Positions 11,583-22,714 of a stretch of 64,000 nt of DNA are shown in pieces; positions within the stretch are counted from its first letter, which is position 1; each line of letters opens with the position of its first letter. The position numbers and the translations under genes were made by a program. The notes beneath the pieces are model-generated. The model was not told the origin of the DNA, ran no database searches, and saw only the letters and a program-made list of their open reading frames with translations. Source of the DNA: Azolla caroliniana (Eukaryota; Plantae; Polypodiophyta); assembly GCA_043228905.1 (NCBI GenBank), contig JBHGNT010000020.1, positions 9,176,001 to 9,240,000 on the forward strand, in the 5' to 3' direction.

Positions 11583-14400
11583 ATGGACCCGTAAACGCTG
11601 TCGGAAGCCGCCAAGACCTGGCTAAAGCAACACGGGCTCGAGGGCTTCTTAATGATTATGGAGGTACCGCCACACAAAGAAGCCGAGGAAATCGACACAG
11701 AGGTCATAACGGCGGAGGCGATTCGAGCGTTAACAGCCTTCCGGAGGGGGGCATACTCACGATTGACAATCCGACCTCGGAGCAACTCATCAGGTATTTT
11801 GGTAAGTACTCCCTAGCCAGCAAGGGCTACCGGACACAGGGCGGCGGAGATATGCTGTTCCGCGAGTTTGCCCGTGTGCTCCACGAATACGGCCATGTGT
11901 ACCCTAGACCCCCTGTCATGCCGCAAAACCGGGTAGGAATGATCATCGCCACCTATGAAGGGATCAAGGTGGATTGGCCGGTATTGATCGCAGACGGGTT
12001 GTGTGCAGCGATCGAGATCGTCAGAGGCAAAGACGACAAAGAAGGCCGAGACAGACGGAGGATATGGCACGCTGTAACGCAGTGGCTCACCTTGCTTGTG
12101 CCACCCGTCCAGCCCGTCTAGCCCAAGAAGCGAGGAAGAGTGGTGGATGGCACCCCAAAGACGGCTTCCAAAAGGCAACAGTTGTTGGCCTCTAAGGCCA
12201 CTAAGGGAAAGGCAGCAGACGCAGAACAGGCGGGAAAGGAGAGCACCAGCCGGAAGCGGCCAACGGATGCGCAGGAGGAACCACCAGCACGGCCCGTAAA
12301 GGTTACACTCCGCCGACCGGTGAATAGAGAAGCAGACCCCTTGGTGGCAAAACTCAATGCCGGGACTCAGGAAGAGGAAATAGAGGAGGAGCCTACGGAG
12401 CACCTCCAGCGACGGTCGTCGGCAAGGACCGTTGAGGCAGCCGGGAAACGTTCGGACCTTCAGACGAAGGGAACACCGGCTCCCCATACTGAGACTCCCA
12501 AGCCAAGGGAAGAACCGGAACCGGTGCGCATGGCTCCGGAATTAGAAGCCCCGGCACCACCGGCAACACCGGCAAGTCCCATCCCGCCAGAGCCGGAAAG
12601 GTCAATGCAGCCTCCCTCGGCCAACCTAGAAGAAGCGCAAGGGGAACCTGGACAACAGGGTGGTCCACGGGCAGAAACGGAATTGCAACTCGGCGCAATC
12701 AGGCGGGACCACCCATCTACAAGCGAGCCCATCTGTCAAACCTCCGGGCAAACGCAACAACAAGGCACCGGTAGCCTATGGCTTCGGTGGATAGGCGAAC
12801 AGATTGCCAGAGCAGTGGGGTATATTGAGGCGGAAGAAAGAGCGCAAAATGAATGGTTGCTCGTCACAACCGAACAACTAGAGACGGCCCGGTCCAGAAT
12901 CCGGTGCCTTGAAAGAGACTTGGATCAAGTCACGACAGAGATGGCCAAAATGGCCTTAACGGCAACACAAATCCAATCACCGGTGACTCCGGTAAGTGTA
13001 CAGAATAAAGGAACAAAGCAACCTGTACATACCAATAAGACCCCGACAACGGAAACCGTTCTGGCGAGAGATGCGGCGCAAGCCTAGGAGCTTGCGGAAT
13101 TGAGAGATGAACTTGCCGCACAAGAAGCGCTAAGGAGCCGTGAACGGGAATTGAAGACAATGGCCGAAGCCGAATTAAAGAAGACTGTTGAGAACCTCCG
13201 CCGGGCAGAGGAGAGCCTCCGGAAAGGCCATCAAGCGTACGACTGGCTAAGGGAGGAAAAAGACAAAGTGCTGCAGGAAAAGGACAAGCTGCGGAAGACG
13301 GTGGAAACGGAAATTGAATGGCTAAAGGAAGAGCTCCGCCAGCAGAAGGACCGTGAGGACCGGGCCCGTTGACAGATCAACGCACGACTCAAGCAAAAGA
13401 CAGATGATTTTGAGCACCTACATCGGGACTACAAACGGCTGGAAATGGAGCATAAGGAACGGATGACCGAGCTCCAGTAGGAAGTTGATCGGGCCGCAAC
13501 GGCGATTGCCGACGAACGTGCGGAAAATACAAGATGGTTGGACGAGGCGGAGAAGGTCCGGATGGAGCTCCAGAGGCAAAAGCAGGAAGAAAAGGAGAGA
13601 GCGTCAACGGTATTGCAAAAATTACAAAGGATATATCAAAGGCAATTGACGCATTACAAGGAGCAGGCGGAAGACAATGTCAAAATCATCAAGCAATTGA
13701 AGGAGGAACGGCAAGCTGCGGGGACCAAATCACAGTTGGGAACGGGCCGGATTCAGTGTATCCTCCGGGCATGGTTGAATCAGACAAAACGCTTGATTGA
13801 CGAAAGCTCCGTAAGATGGTGGACAAAGTGGGCACAAAATGCGGCGGAACTCCAATTGCTACGGGCAGCGTGGCAAACCGGCGGAAGGAAGGAGATGATT
13901 GTTATACGTTGACTTCCGAGGACTTCACCGCCATACAGGACGAGCTGGCCGAGGACTTCCAAGTCCTGGCGGATGAATAGCTGGCACAGGTCCGACAACT
14001 CGTAGCTTAGCTAGACGATGATAGGCTAGACGCTCAAATCCAGTTTGAAAGCTACGAGCGGTCCCGGGTTCGGGAAGAAAAAGCACGAGAAGCGGCAACG
14101 GTTAACCTTAGTGATGAGGAAACGTCGCCGGCCGAGGGCCAACCCGGAACCAGTCAACCGGAGACCACTATGACGGAGGGAGCAACGACGGAGACGCCGG
14201 TGTTAGAGCAACAAACGGAGGAGGAGCCGCAATAGCCACCAACGGACCCGTCGTAGCAGACATCAACACAGCAGCAACAACAACAGTAGCAACCACAACA
14301 ACAACAACAACCAATTCCAGATGAACCATTGGAGACTCTTGAGCAAATCATTCTGGATATTCTGGACGAAGAATAGCAAGGGTCGGTTGTGGATTCGACG
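11583..14400 (+). pseudogene. J1 third (env-position) ORF, ~900 codons: globular N-terminal domain, Pro/Glu linker, coiled coil, Gln-rich tail
   Basis: ATG at 11583; ORFs 11528-12121, 12140-13087, 13100-13372 and 13538-13912 lie in one frame separated by point stops; the N-terminal domain is homologous to 50309-50884. Confidence 0.75.
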
Positions 14401-14430
14401 TACAAGGTACTGTCCCACGGGCGTGCCATG

Positions 14431-14863
14431 TGTTACCGGCCGGCAAAGGAGTCCAGAGTGTGAAACGGGGAGTTATTTAATTAGTAGGAATGGTTGTAAG
14501 TAAGCTATGAGTGTGGACGGACGGACCGGAATCGGTATGCCGTTCCGGATCTGGACCGATCCCGAACAGGTGCGGATGGCACCGTTTTGTAATACAGACC
14601 GAAAACCTATTTAAAGGCCCGGATACAATGTAATGAACAAGGGTTAATTAATAAAGCTTAGTGTTGTTATCTCTCTGTGTTAATTGCCGTTCTGCATTCA
14701 TTGTTATATCTTACGCGTGTGATTATTAAAGACGATCATGCTAAGTAACCTAATTAAGTCGGATTAATCGTTGAGTCTAATCCTGTTGCCGTAACACCCC
14801 TTTGGTGAAGTGTCTTCCGTAGACACCCTGTGTTAGGCCATTGTCCGGCCCTAAGAGTTAACA
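14431..14863 (+). repeat. J1 3' LTR
   Basis: TGTTAC...TAACA; same family as 44572-45005 and the inverted copy 46272-46711. Confidence 0.9.
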
Positions 14864-15874
14864 GTTTCCCATCCGTCTTTGCTGGCATCGTGCCAGGACT
14901 CCTCGTCGGCACCTTCCTTCTCTCCGGTCTCATGTCGGCACACGGGCATGACCGCTGGAGTCTCCGGAATCCACGTGGAGGGCTCTTCTTCGCTCTCGAC
15001 CCTGTCCTCAGTCGGCAATTCTCCGCAAGTCGAGAGGGCGTTTTGTTTCGCACCCTCTCCTGTGGTACTGTCATACCGATCTTCCGCCGTCGCGTGGGGC
15101 AAGTCCATCTCCTCAGTCTCGGCTTGTGGCCTCGATCTTTCCTCTTCCTCGAGCATCGCCTCGAGAGCTGCGTACGCCTCCGCAATCCGGGCCTCAACGC
15201 CGACCCTTGCCAACTCCCTTTGCCATTCGGCCTCTTCCCGCTGTGATGGCACGCCGTCACGCGCCTTCCTCTTAGCCTTCTCGGCACACCCTTCCGACCT
15301 TCAACCAGTCCTCTGTAAGCCCATTCGCTCCGTCATCGTCTTCGAGCTCCATCCCGATGGCCTCCCGTTCCGCTCGGTCGATCGACCTGACGAACAATAG
15401 GACCTTGTTCGTCCCCACCAAACCTTGTTCCCGCTCCGGGAGCCGAGCAAGCCGTCGCTCGAATTCTCGGAACACCTTGGTCGCGCCCCGGTGGGTCTTT
15501 GCCGATGTTACCCACTGGTCGAAGTCGTGTCATCCCCGGCTCTTCTGCCGTCCTCCGTATGCCTTCAGGAGCGCCTCTTCGAAGGGCTCCCACGAACTAT
15601 GAGCCTCACGGAGCTCCTTTACTTCCGCATGCATCCGGACAGCTACGACCCGACAGAAGAACTCCAGCCTCAACGCCTCGTCTACGCCACACTCCTCCAT
15701 ATCCGCGTTGTAGGCTCCCAAGTAAGATGGGACTTTGTCCCCGTTGAAACGGCCAACTCTTTCGACCACTTGCTCAACCGCTTGTTGCGCTGCCTCTCGC
15801 CTCATCACCACTCGTGCCGACTCCAACACCACTTCGGCCACTATCACCGCGAGGTCGTTGTCTTCCGACTCCAT
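14864..15874 (-). pseudogene. gag: B1 gag-like ORF with acidic tail
   Basis: ORFs 15530-15874, 15272-15475 and 14851-15252; VGRFNGDKVPSYLGAY aligns with D gag IGRFVGKNATSYLQAY. Confidence 0.75.
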
Positions 15875-15889
15875 CCTCCCTTGCCACCT

Positions 15890-15907
15890 TTCACGTCGGG
15901 TTCACCA
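15890..15907 (-). promoter_or_regulatory. primer binding site, tRNA-Trp (TGGTGAACCCGACGTGAA)
   Basis: 18-nt complement of the plant tRNA-Trp(CCA) 3' end (...TTCACGTCGGGTTCACCA, recalled), 4 nt from the LTR. Confidence 0.85.
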
Positions 15908-15911
15908 AAGA

Positions 15912-16700
15912 TGTCGCGTTGTTACGCGCGTGCGTGGAGAAAGGCGGGACCACGGGGGTCTTGGACTAGGGAGTGACGGAGCGTAGGAAGTCGTACTTCA
16001 CCATTTCCGGGGCATCCCAGAAGCACATCGGAAGCAACCGAAGGGAGAGAGAGAAAGAGAGGGAGCGCGCGCTTGACACCGACTCACGCACACACACACA
16101 CACACACACACACTCAGGCCGATCCGACTCACGCCCTTATGTATAGGAAACGCAGGAAAGGGGAAGCACCCGACACCAACAGAGACACGAATATACACAG
16201 ACAAACGCAAATGTATGTATATAAAAGGAAGAATACATTCCCGGCTTCGAGCCGGACCAAGGTAGGTTACAATAGTCGTCGGCTGCCAAGCCGCCGGTCG
16301 GGGAGCTCACGGGCTTGTCGCGCCGAGCAGGGTCTTGTGCAGGAGACGAGCTGAAGCAAACCCTAAGCGAACACGAAGGGGGGGGGGGGGGGGGGGGAGA
16401 AGAAGAAGAAGAAGAAGAAAAATAACTCTAAACCTAACGGTATACCCTCTAACGCAAAACGGGCAACCCTTTCACAAAGGGCGCTCCCTTCCTTTTATAG
16501 AACAAGGAGAGGGATGCGTTACAATGTGGGATAAATCCCGACTTACATGGGATCGTCTGTCCCGACTTGACTACTCTTCGGCTCCGTGAAGGCGCCCTCG
16601 TTATTCACACTAAATGTACAAGGGTGAGCACACATGCTCCACCCCGCCGATGTAGCCAATGTTTCTTGGTTTCCGCCTCTGACCGAAATTCTTCACAACA
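15912..16700 (-). repeat. B1 5' LTR
   Basis: Direct repeat of 5328-6088, adjacent to the PBS; minus-strand TATAAAA near 16493-16499. Confidence 0.93.
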
Positions 16701-17154
16701 ACGTAAGTGTGAAAGGTCCATACCTTAAACATGAATGCTAGAGCTTTGTAAGGGTTCTTCCATTTGTAAAGATCTCCCTATTGATTAAGAGCTAGAGCTT
16801 CCTCTCCTGCTTCTTGTAACCTTTAAGCTTTAGAGAGATTAGTGAAGTGTTTAGTTAGAGAACATTAATCTCTCTTCCTTGTTGGTGCTAGACCTCTTAG
16901 GAAAGAGGGTTAATAAACATATTCATTACTCTTATTCTCTATATTCATTACCCTATTGTCTATGAGAGCAAGCTTGAGAGAGTGAGAGAGATATCGTGCT
17001 TAATCATCTATTAATCGTTAAGTGAGTGTGAGGCTCGGAGGTGTCCGACAACCATCTCCGCCCGATTCGCCATCAAAAGGGTATACGCCGGTTTGAACTC
17101 CTCAAACGACATCGAGGAGTTAACTCCATCGATGCATAGATCCTACACATAATC

Positions 17155-17375
17155 TAATGCTTAGGGGCCCTCGGTGCTTACCCCCTCCTGCTTGGACGCA
17201 CATGGTTGCGTACCGCCAACATCAAGCATCACTTGTAGCGTAACATGATCTCATTTCGGTGCGGGAAAACCAGAGTCCGCATTCTTACGGAAGCACGGAC
17301 CCCGACTCCTCCAGACAACAACCCGTTATACGCCGAAGGAGTCGATATGTTAGATGGTCTTGGGGATGACGAGAT
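17155..17375 (+). pseudogene. Gypsy G protease C-terminus and linker
   Basis: AYPLLLGRTWLRTANIKH...YAEGVDMLDGLGDDEI, similar to J1 AECINMLEGLADEE. Confidence 0.75.
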
Positions 17376-17469
17376 TGTTGGCATAAAAGGCCGACTCCTT
17401 CCAAATTGTATCCGTCCTAGTGTGAACTCGTTAATAAGTTAGGGCTTAGTATATAAGTCAATACCTAAC
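17376..17469. repeat. start of an unclassified LTR, interrupted by Copia A (continues ~48331-48385)
   Basis: TGTTGG start where the G frame breaks; AT-rich and non-coding. Confidence 0.45.
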
Positions 17470-17979
17470 TGTTGAGTGACAAGCTCAATAATGAGTGCAT
17501 AATACGGTGCGTAACCCAGTGCGTAGACTAGGTGTGTAAAACAGTACGCATTACATGGCCATAACGGTGCAAACACAGCGAGGCCGTCAGAGAGATATTC
17601 CTAGAAAGGAATAATTTTGGGAGTGAGTGTAGCGGCTCAATTATGAGCGTCAAGTACTGTTAGTACTTGTGTCAGCCCGATAGTCAGGGCTTGTATAAAA
17701 GGTGCTCACAAAGCACGAAGTATGTATAGAGTGTCATTATTTTGAAATAGAATTGAGTTGTCTGCTCTCTCTGTCTCTCCCTCTACCTCTCCATCTTTGT
17801 GTTTTCTGAGTTCTCCGAACTGTGTACTCTGTGTTTCGCATACACTTCTACACATGTATTCTTCTACATGGTATTAGAGCGCGAGGGTTGAAGTCCTCTG
17901 CAGCCAACAAGAAAAGCTTGCGACAAAACAGAGTTGAAGTTGTTCTTCATTCTTTCTTGAAAAAGAAAAAGATAGTACT

Positions 17980-19174
17980 ATGGACAGAGGAATGGGAAGG
18001 TCACTTCCGACTGAAAAGCTTGACAGAAGCAACTACGCATCCCGGTCTTACAAGATGCACTAGTACCTGCTCGGCCATGGCTACTGGAGTTATGTCGAAG
18101 GAGCAAACGATGTGGCACCCGACTCGACACACAGGGACTATCCGGCTTGGGAACAAGCGGCAAGCAGAGTGCTGTACTCTTTCGCGTCCTGTGTGAGCGA
18201 TAAGTGTTTGAGCTATATTCGGCATGCCAAGACGCCGAAGGACGCGTGAGCAAATCTCAAAAGGATTTTCTCTGCCAGCACAATGGCCAGGAAGCTACAA
18301 CTCAGACAGGAGCTCAGCAATGTACGACAACGAGATATGTCGGTGGCCGACTACACCACCAAGATCAAAGAAATCAGCGACTCACTTGCCTCTGTCAACG
18401 TGAACGTTGAGGAGGATGAGAAGGTGTTGGTTTGTCTTCGCGGGTTAGCGTCTAAGTTCGGAGCTTTCCGAACGGCGGTCTGCATGAGGGAGAATACACC
18501 TTTGTTTTTCGAGCTTCACTCAATGTTGCTCGTAGAAGAAAACCATTTGGGTGCGTCGATGAGTGCGCACGCCAATGGCAAGATGCTCTACACAGAGGAT
18601 GATAGGCCTCGTGGTCGTGGTGAACGAGGTGGATCAACATGCAATGGAGGCGCCCAAAAAGAGAAGAATGGACGGCATAATTGAGATGCCGGAAGCAATT
18701 CCGAACCCTCCAGAAGCAGGGGGAGTCATGGCGGCACCGGAAGATGGCAAGAGAAGGCTGCGTCAGAATGCTGGTATTGTGGCAAGAAAGGCCACAAGGA
18801 GAGCGAGTGTTGGAAGAAACAAGCTGATTCAGAAGAAGTTGGATCGAGTTGAAGAGGCGCAAGAAGGCGTCAGAAGTCGCACTATGCGGAAGGCTCGGAA
18901 TGAGCCGGAATTTGAGCGGGCCTTGCCTTCGTAATGAAGCATAAGGCCAACTCAATGGCCGTGAACACCTCAAAATCAAGCGAGGTGTGGTATGTCGAGT
19001 CCGGAGCATCAAATCATATGACGAGTCACGAGGAATGGTTCCCGTACATGGAGAAGCCGGAATCACGAGGGGTTGTCGAAATGGGAGATGACACCCCGCA
19101 TACCATCGAACATGTCAGCGAAGTTCCCTAAGCCACGTCAAGCAGAAAGGGAAGCTAATGAACGTGCTGCACGT
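17980..19174 (+). pseudogene. gag: Copia A gag and protease
   Basis: KLDRSNYAS..YKMH.YLLGHGYW; CWYCGKKGHKESEC knuckle; WYVESGASNHM; the frame NVLHV|PTITKNLVSVGQ continues at 39110. Confidence 0.9.
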
Positions 19175-19962
19175 TGTCGTGAAGATTTCGGGCCACAGTG
19201 AGAAACCGGGGAATATCGAAAGAATCGGCGGATTGCACCATGTGCACTTACCCTTGTAAAAACGTGTGAATAATAGGAGTTAAGTCGGGACAGAGGATCC
19301 CATGTAATAAGGGATTTATCCCACATTCTTACGCATCCCTCTCCCTGTTCTATAAAAGGAAGGGAGCGCCCTTTGTAAACGGGTTGCCCATTTTGTGTTA
19401 GAGGGTATACCGATAGTTTAAGGTTAGGCAGGTTCTCATACTCTTATTTCGTTTAGGGTTTCTCTTTGGTAGCTTTCTTCTTCTCCTTCGCGTTTGTTTA
19501 GGGTTTAGTCTGGTGAAGAGCTTGTATGTTCAGTAGGGTTTGCTTCTGCTCGGTCTCCTGTGCAAGGCCCTGCTCGGCACGACAAGCCCGAGAGCTCCCT
19601 GATCGGCGGCTTGGCAACATACGACTGTTGTAACCTACCCTACCTTGGTCCGGGTCGAAGCAAGGGTTGTATTCTTTCCCTTGTAATATACATACTTGTA
19701 ACTGTTTGTGCATATTGGTGTATTTGGTGGTGTTGGGAGTACAACCCCTTGTTTCCTGTGCATAAGAGTCAGTGCGCGCGCATGCTTTCTTTCCTCTCTC
19801 CCTCTCTCGTGTTCGGTTGCCTCCGGGCCGTGTCCGGAGTCAGTTTTCTTGTCTCTCGAGCTTCCTCGTCTGAGACCCCCATGGTCCCGCCCCTTTCTAC
19901 AATCACGCGCGTAACAACGTGACATATTTGGTGAACCCAATGTGAAAGGGCGGCAAGGGAAA

Positions 19963-21093
19963 ATGGAGTTGGAAGAAGACGACTTCGCGCAACTTTTTGT
20001 CGAAGCGGTGAGGGAGTTTGGACGAGCAACAACAAGACGAGAGTCGGCGCAACAAGCGGTTGAGTGAGTGGTCGAAAGAGTCGGCCGTTTCAACGGGGAC
20101 AAGGTTCCATTCTACTTGGAAGCCTACAACGAGGAAATGGAGGAGTGAGATGTAGACGAGGCGTTGAAGCTAGAGTTCTTTTGTCGGGTCGTCGTCGTCC
20201 GTATGCATGCGGAAGTGGAGGGGCTCTGAGAAGCTCATAGTTTGTGGGAGGCCGTCGAAGAGGAGCTCCTTCAGGCATATGGAGGACGACGGAAGAGCCG
20301 AGGACGACGCGGCTTCAACCAGTGGGTGGCATCGGCGAAGATCTACCGGGGCGCAACGAAGGCGTTCCGAGAGTTCGAGCGACAGCTTGCTCGGTTCCCG
20401 GAGCGGGAACAAGGTTTGGTGGGGGCGGACAAAGTCCTGTTGTTTGTTAAGTCGATTGACCAAGCAGAACGGGAGGCCATTGAGATTGAGCTCGAAGATG
20501 AGGATGGAGCGAATGGCCTTACGGAGGACTGGTCAAAGGTCGGAAGGGTATGCCAAAGGCTAGTTGATGAGCGAACCGAGAAGGCTAGGAGGAAGGCGCG
20601 CGACGGCGTGCCATCACAGCGGGAAGAGGCCGAACGGCAAAGAGAGTTGGCAAGGATCGGCTTTGGGGCCAGGATTGCAGAGGTGTACACGGTTCTCGAG
20701 GCAATGCTTGAGGAAGAGGAAAGATCGAGACTGCGAGCCGATGCTGAGGAGACGGACTTGCCCCATGAGATGGCAGAAGATCGGTACGACGGTACCACGG
20801 GGGAGGGTGCGGAACAAAACGCCCTCTCGGATTGCGGAGATAGAACAACCAAGGTACTGATCGCGGAATCGGAACGTTGGAACCGGTGGTTTCGGGCACG
20901 TCAGCCCAAAACTCCGAACACTAGAGAAGCAAGCCCAGGCGGGGCTTGCACGATTAGAAAGAAGACGACCACCGACCATGAGGAGCCGGTGGCTACAGGC
21001 AAGGGCGTAAATTGGACGGGCGATTCTACGCGTCTTCCCACACTTGTTCCCGAGGCGATGGCAGTTGGGCTCGAGTGCCCACGTGAGTCCTGA
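19963..21093 (+). pseudogene. gag: B2 gag-like ORF
   Basis: MELEEDDFAQLFVEAV...VGRFNGDKVPFYLEAY; ORF 20242-21093; colinear with B1 and B3. Confidence 0.75.
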
Positions 21094-22512
21094 GAGGAGG
21101 AAGGCGGCAGCGTGAGATCGGGAATCACCGGCGAGATGATATGGGGAAGGAATGGACAAGAGCACTCAGAACCGATTCCGGAGAACTCGGCATTTGGGCC
21201 CTTACGCCCACGTGAGACCGAGGAGATGGATGACGGTATCGAGGAGTCTTGGCACGATGCCAACGAAGATGGATGGGAAATGGCCCGTGAAATGGTCAAC
21301 GAAGGGACCAGGAAACGACCCGACTGGGGACCGAACCGCGCGGCACTCCGATTTGGGTGGAGCGCGATCCGGTCGTGGATTGTTCAACCGGGGCCAGAAT
21401 CGACATGAAGGTGCCGATACGGTAGAGGGTGCGGAACAAGACACCCTCTTTTACATGGGGAGAAAGACCGACCGGGCAAAGGTCGGGAATCGAAAGGAAG
21501 GTGATCAAGGGTTCGGAATGAGTCCGGCAGGATCGACATCAGAGCTGAAACTCCGGACATTGGAGAATCAAGCCTAGGCGGGGCTTGGTTGATTACAGAG
21601 TGGATGTTATCCACCGACATATCCACTGACACCACTAAAAGGGTCGATGGCCTGGGATGAGTCGCCAAAAGACGTTACGAAATCAGTTCCCCTCATCTTC
21701 TCCGGAGACTTCGACAGTTCGGTCGATGTGGCAACGTGAGATCATAAGAGATGGAAGATGGAGGTGGGAACACAACAAGGGGAGAGACGATGAGTCCGGG
21801 AGAAGTACAAGGGAAGAACGAAGACCGGTCCTACGGAGATCCTCACACCGATCCGACGGTCGGCCCGAGAGCTAGCGTGAGTCCTATAGGAGACAACGGT
21901 GGCGGCAGGAGAATGGGACCCGACAATCCAAAGAATGACGGATGGACCCGGATGAGAACCAGGCGGAGTGGAATTCCGGATAACCAATCTACAAGAGAGG
22001 AGAGAGCAGGCCTATGAAGAGGCCGGGGGACACGGTGTAGAGAACACGGCGTTCCTTATGTCCGACGCTCGGCCACAACCGAGATTCTTTTCATACACAG
22101 AAAAAACAGGTAATGAAACGCGACACAAAGGAGAGAAATGGTACACAGGAAGTTTACGTGGAAAACCCCAAAATAGGGGAAAAACCACGGCAGCCCACAG
22201 GCTGCAAACTGTCACTATGTAGAAATATACAACAGTGAGTTCACTGAGGCAACGACCTCGTGCTCTCAGATCTTCGCCACAGGTGGCGGTTACAACAGAG
22301 GCAACGGCCTTGTCTCTCTCTCTCTCTCTCTCTCTGTACAGATACGCGCTCTCTCTTCTTCTTGCACCAACAAGGAAGAATCACAACAAAAAAAACGACA
22401 ACAACCTAAAAGTTTGCCCTAAGTCATATTTATACTAATATGACTTTTCGGCTATTTACAAATGTGGCCTCGATGGGCTCTCAGAAACATATTTACGAAT
22501 ATGTCTCTTCCT

Positions 22513-22635
22513 CCGGTTCATACCGGGCCTACACCATCCGGCTCTCCGCAGTCGGGTACTCCCGATCCGGTTCATACCGGGCCTACACCATCCGGCTCTC
22601 CGTAGTCGGGTACTCCCGATCCGGTTCATACCGTT
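22513..22635. repeat. ~54-bp tandem repeat inside the Copia C LTR (also ~26223-26345)
   Basis: CCGGTTCATACCGGGCCTACACCATCCGGCTCTCCG...CCCGAT, two full copies plus a partial third. Confidence 0.85.
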
Positions 22636-22714
22636 TCGGCCGAGGCCGACATTCGTCGGCACTGTTCTTCTCCCTTCCCATCCGGAGGGACCTGTCTCCC
22701 AACAAACTCCCCCT

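Larger units (their letters stand above)
7988..14863 (+). mobile_element. Athila-like Gypsy J1: 5'-truncated, protease and integrase deleted, with a third ORF and 3' LTR
   Basis: gag 8260-9528 with CCHC-like knuckles; FAWSYEDMRGLDP; RT 10219-10968 (FLDGFSGYNQI, FLDD); RNase H start (VDASDIAIG) breaking at ~11275; LTR 14431-14863. Confidence 0.9.
5328..16700 (-). mobile_element. non-autonomous gag-only LTR element B1
   Basis: LTRs 5328-6088 and 15912-16700; 4-bp TSD ACGT; tRNA-Trp PBS 15890-15907; PPT 6089-6107; gag-like ORF but no pol. Confidence 0.9.
5208..17149. mobile_element. solo LTR 'F' (~565 bp: 5208-5327 plus 16705-17149) split by element B1
   Basis: TG...CA ends; 5-bp TSD TAATC at 5203-5207 and 17150-17154; both halves are colinear with the inverted copy at 50935-51497. 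Confidence 0.85.
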
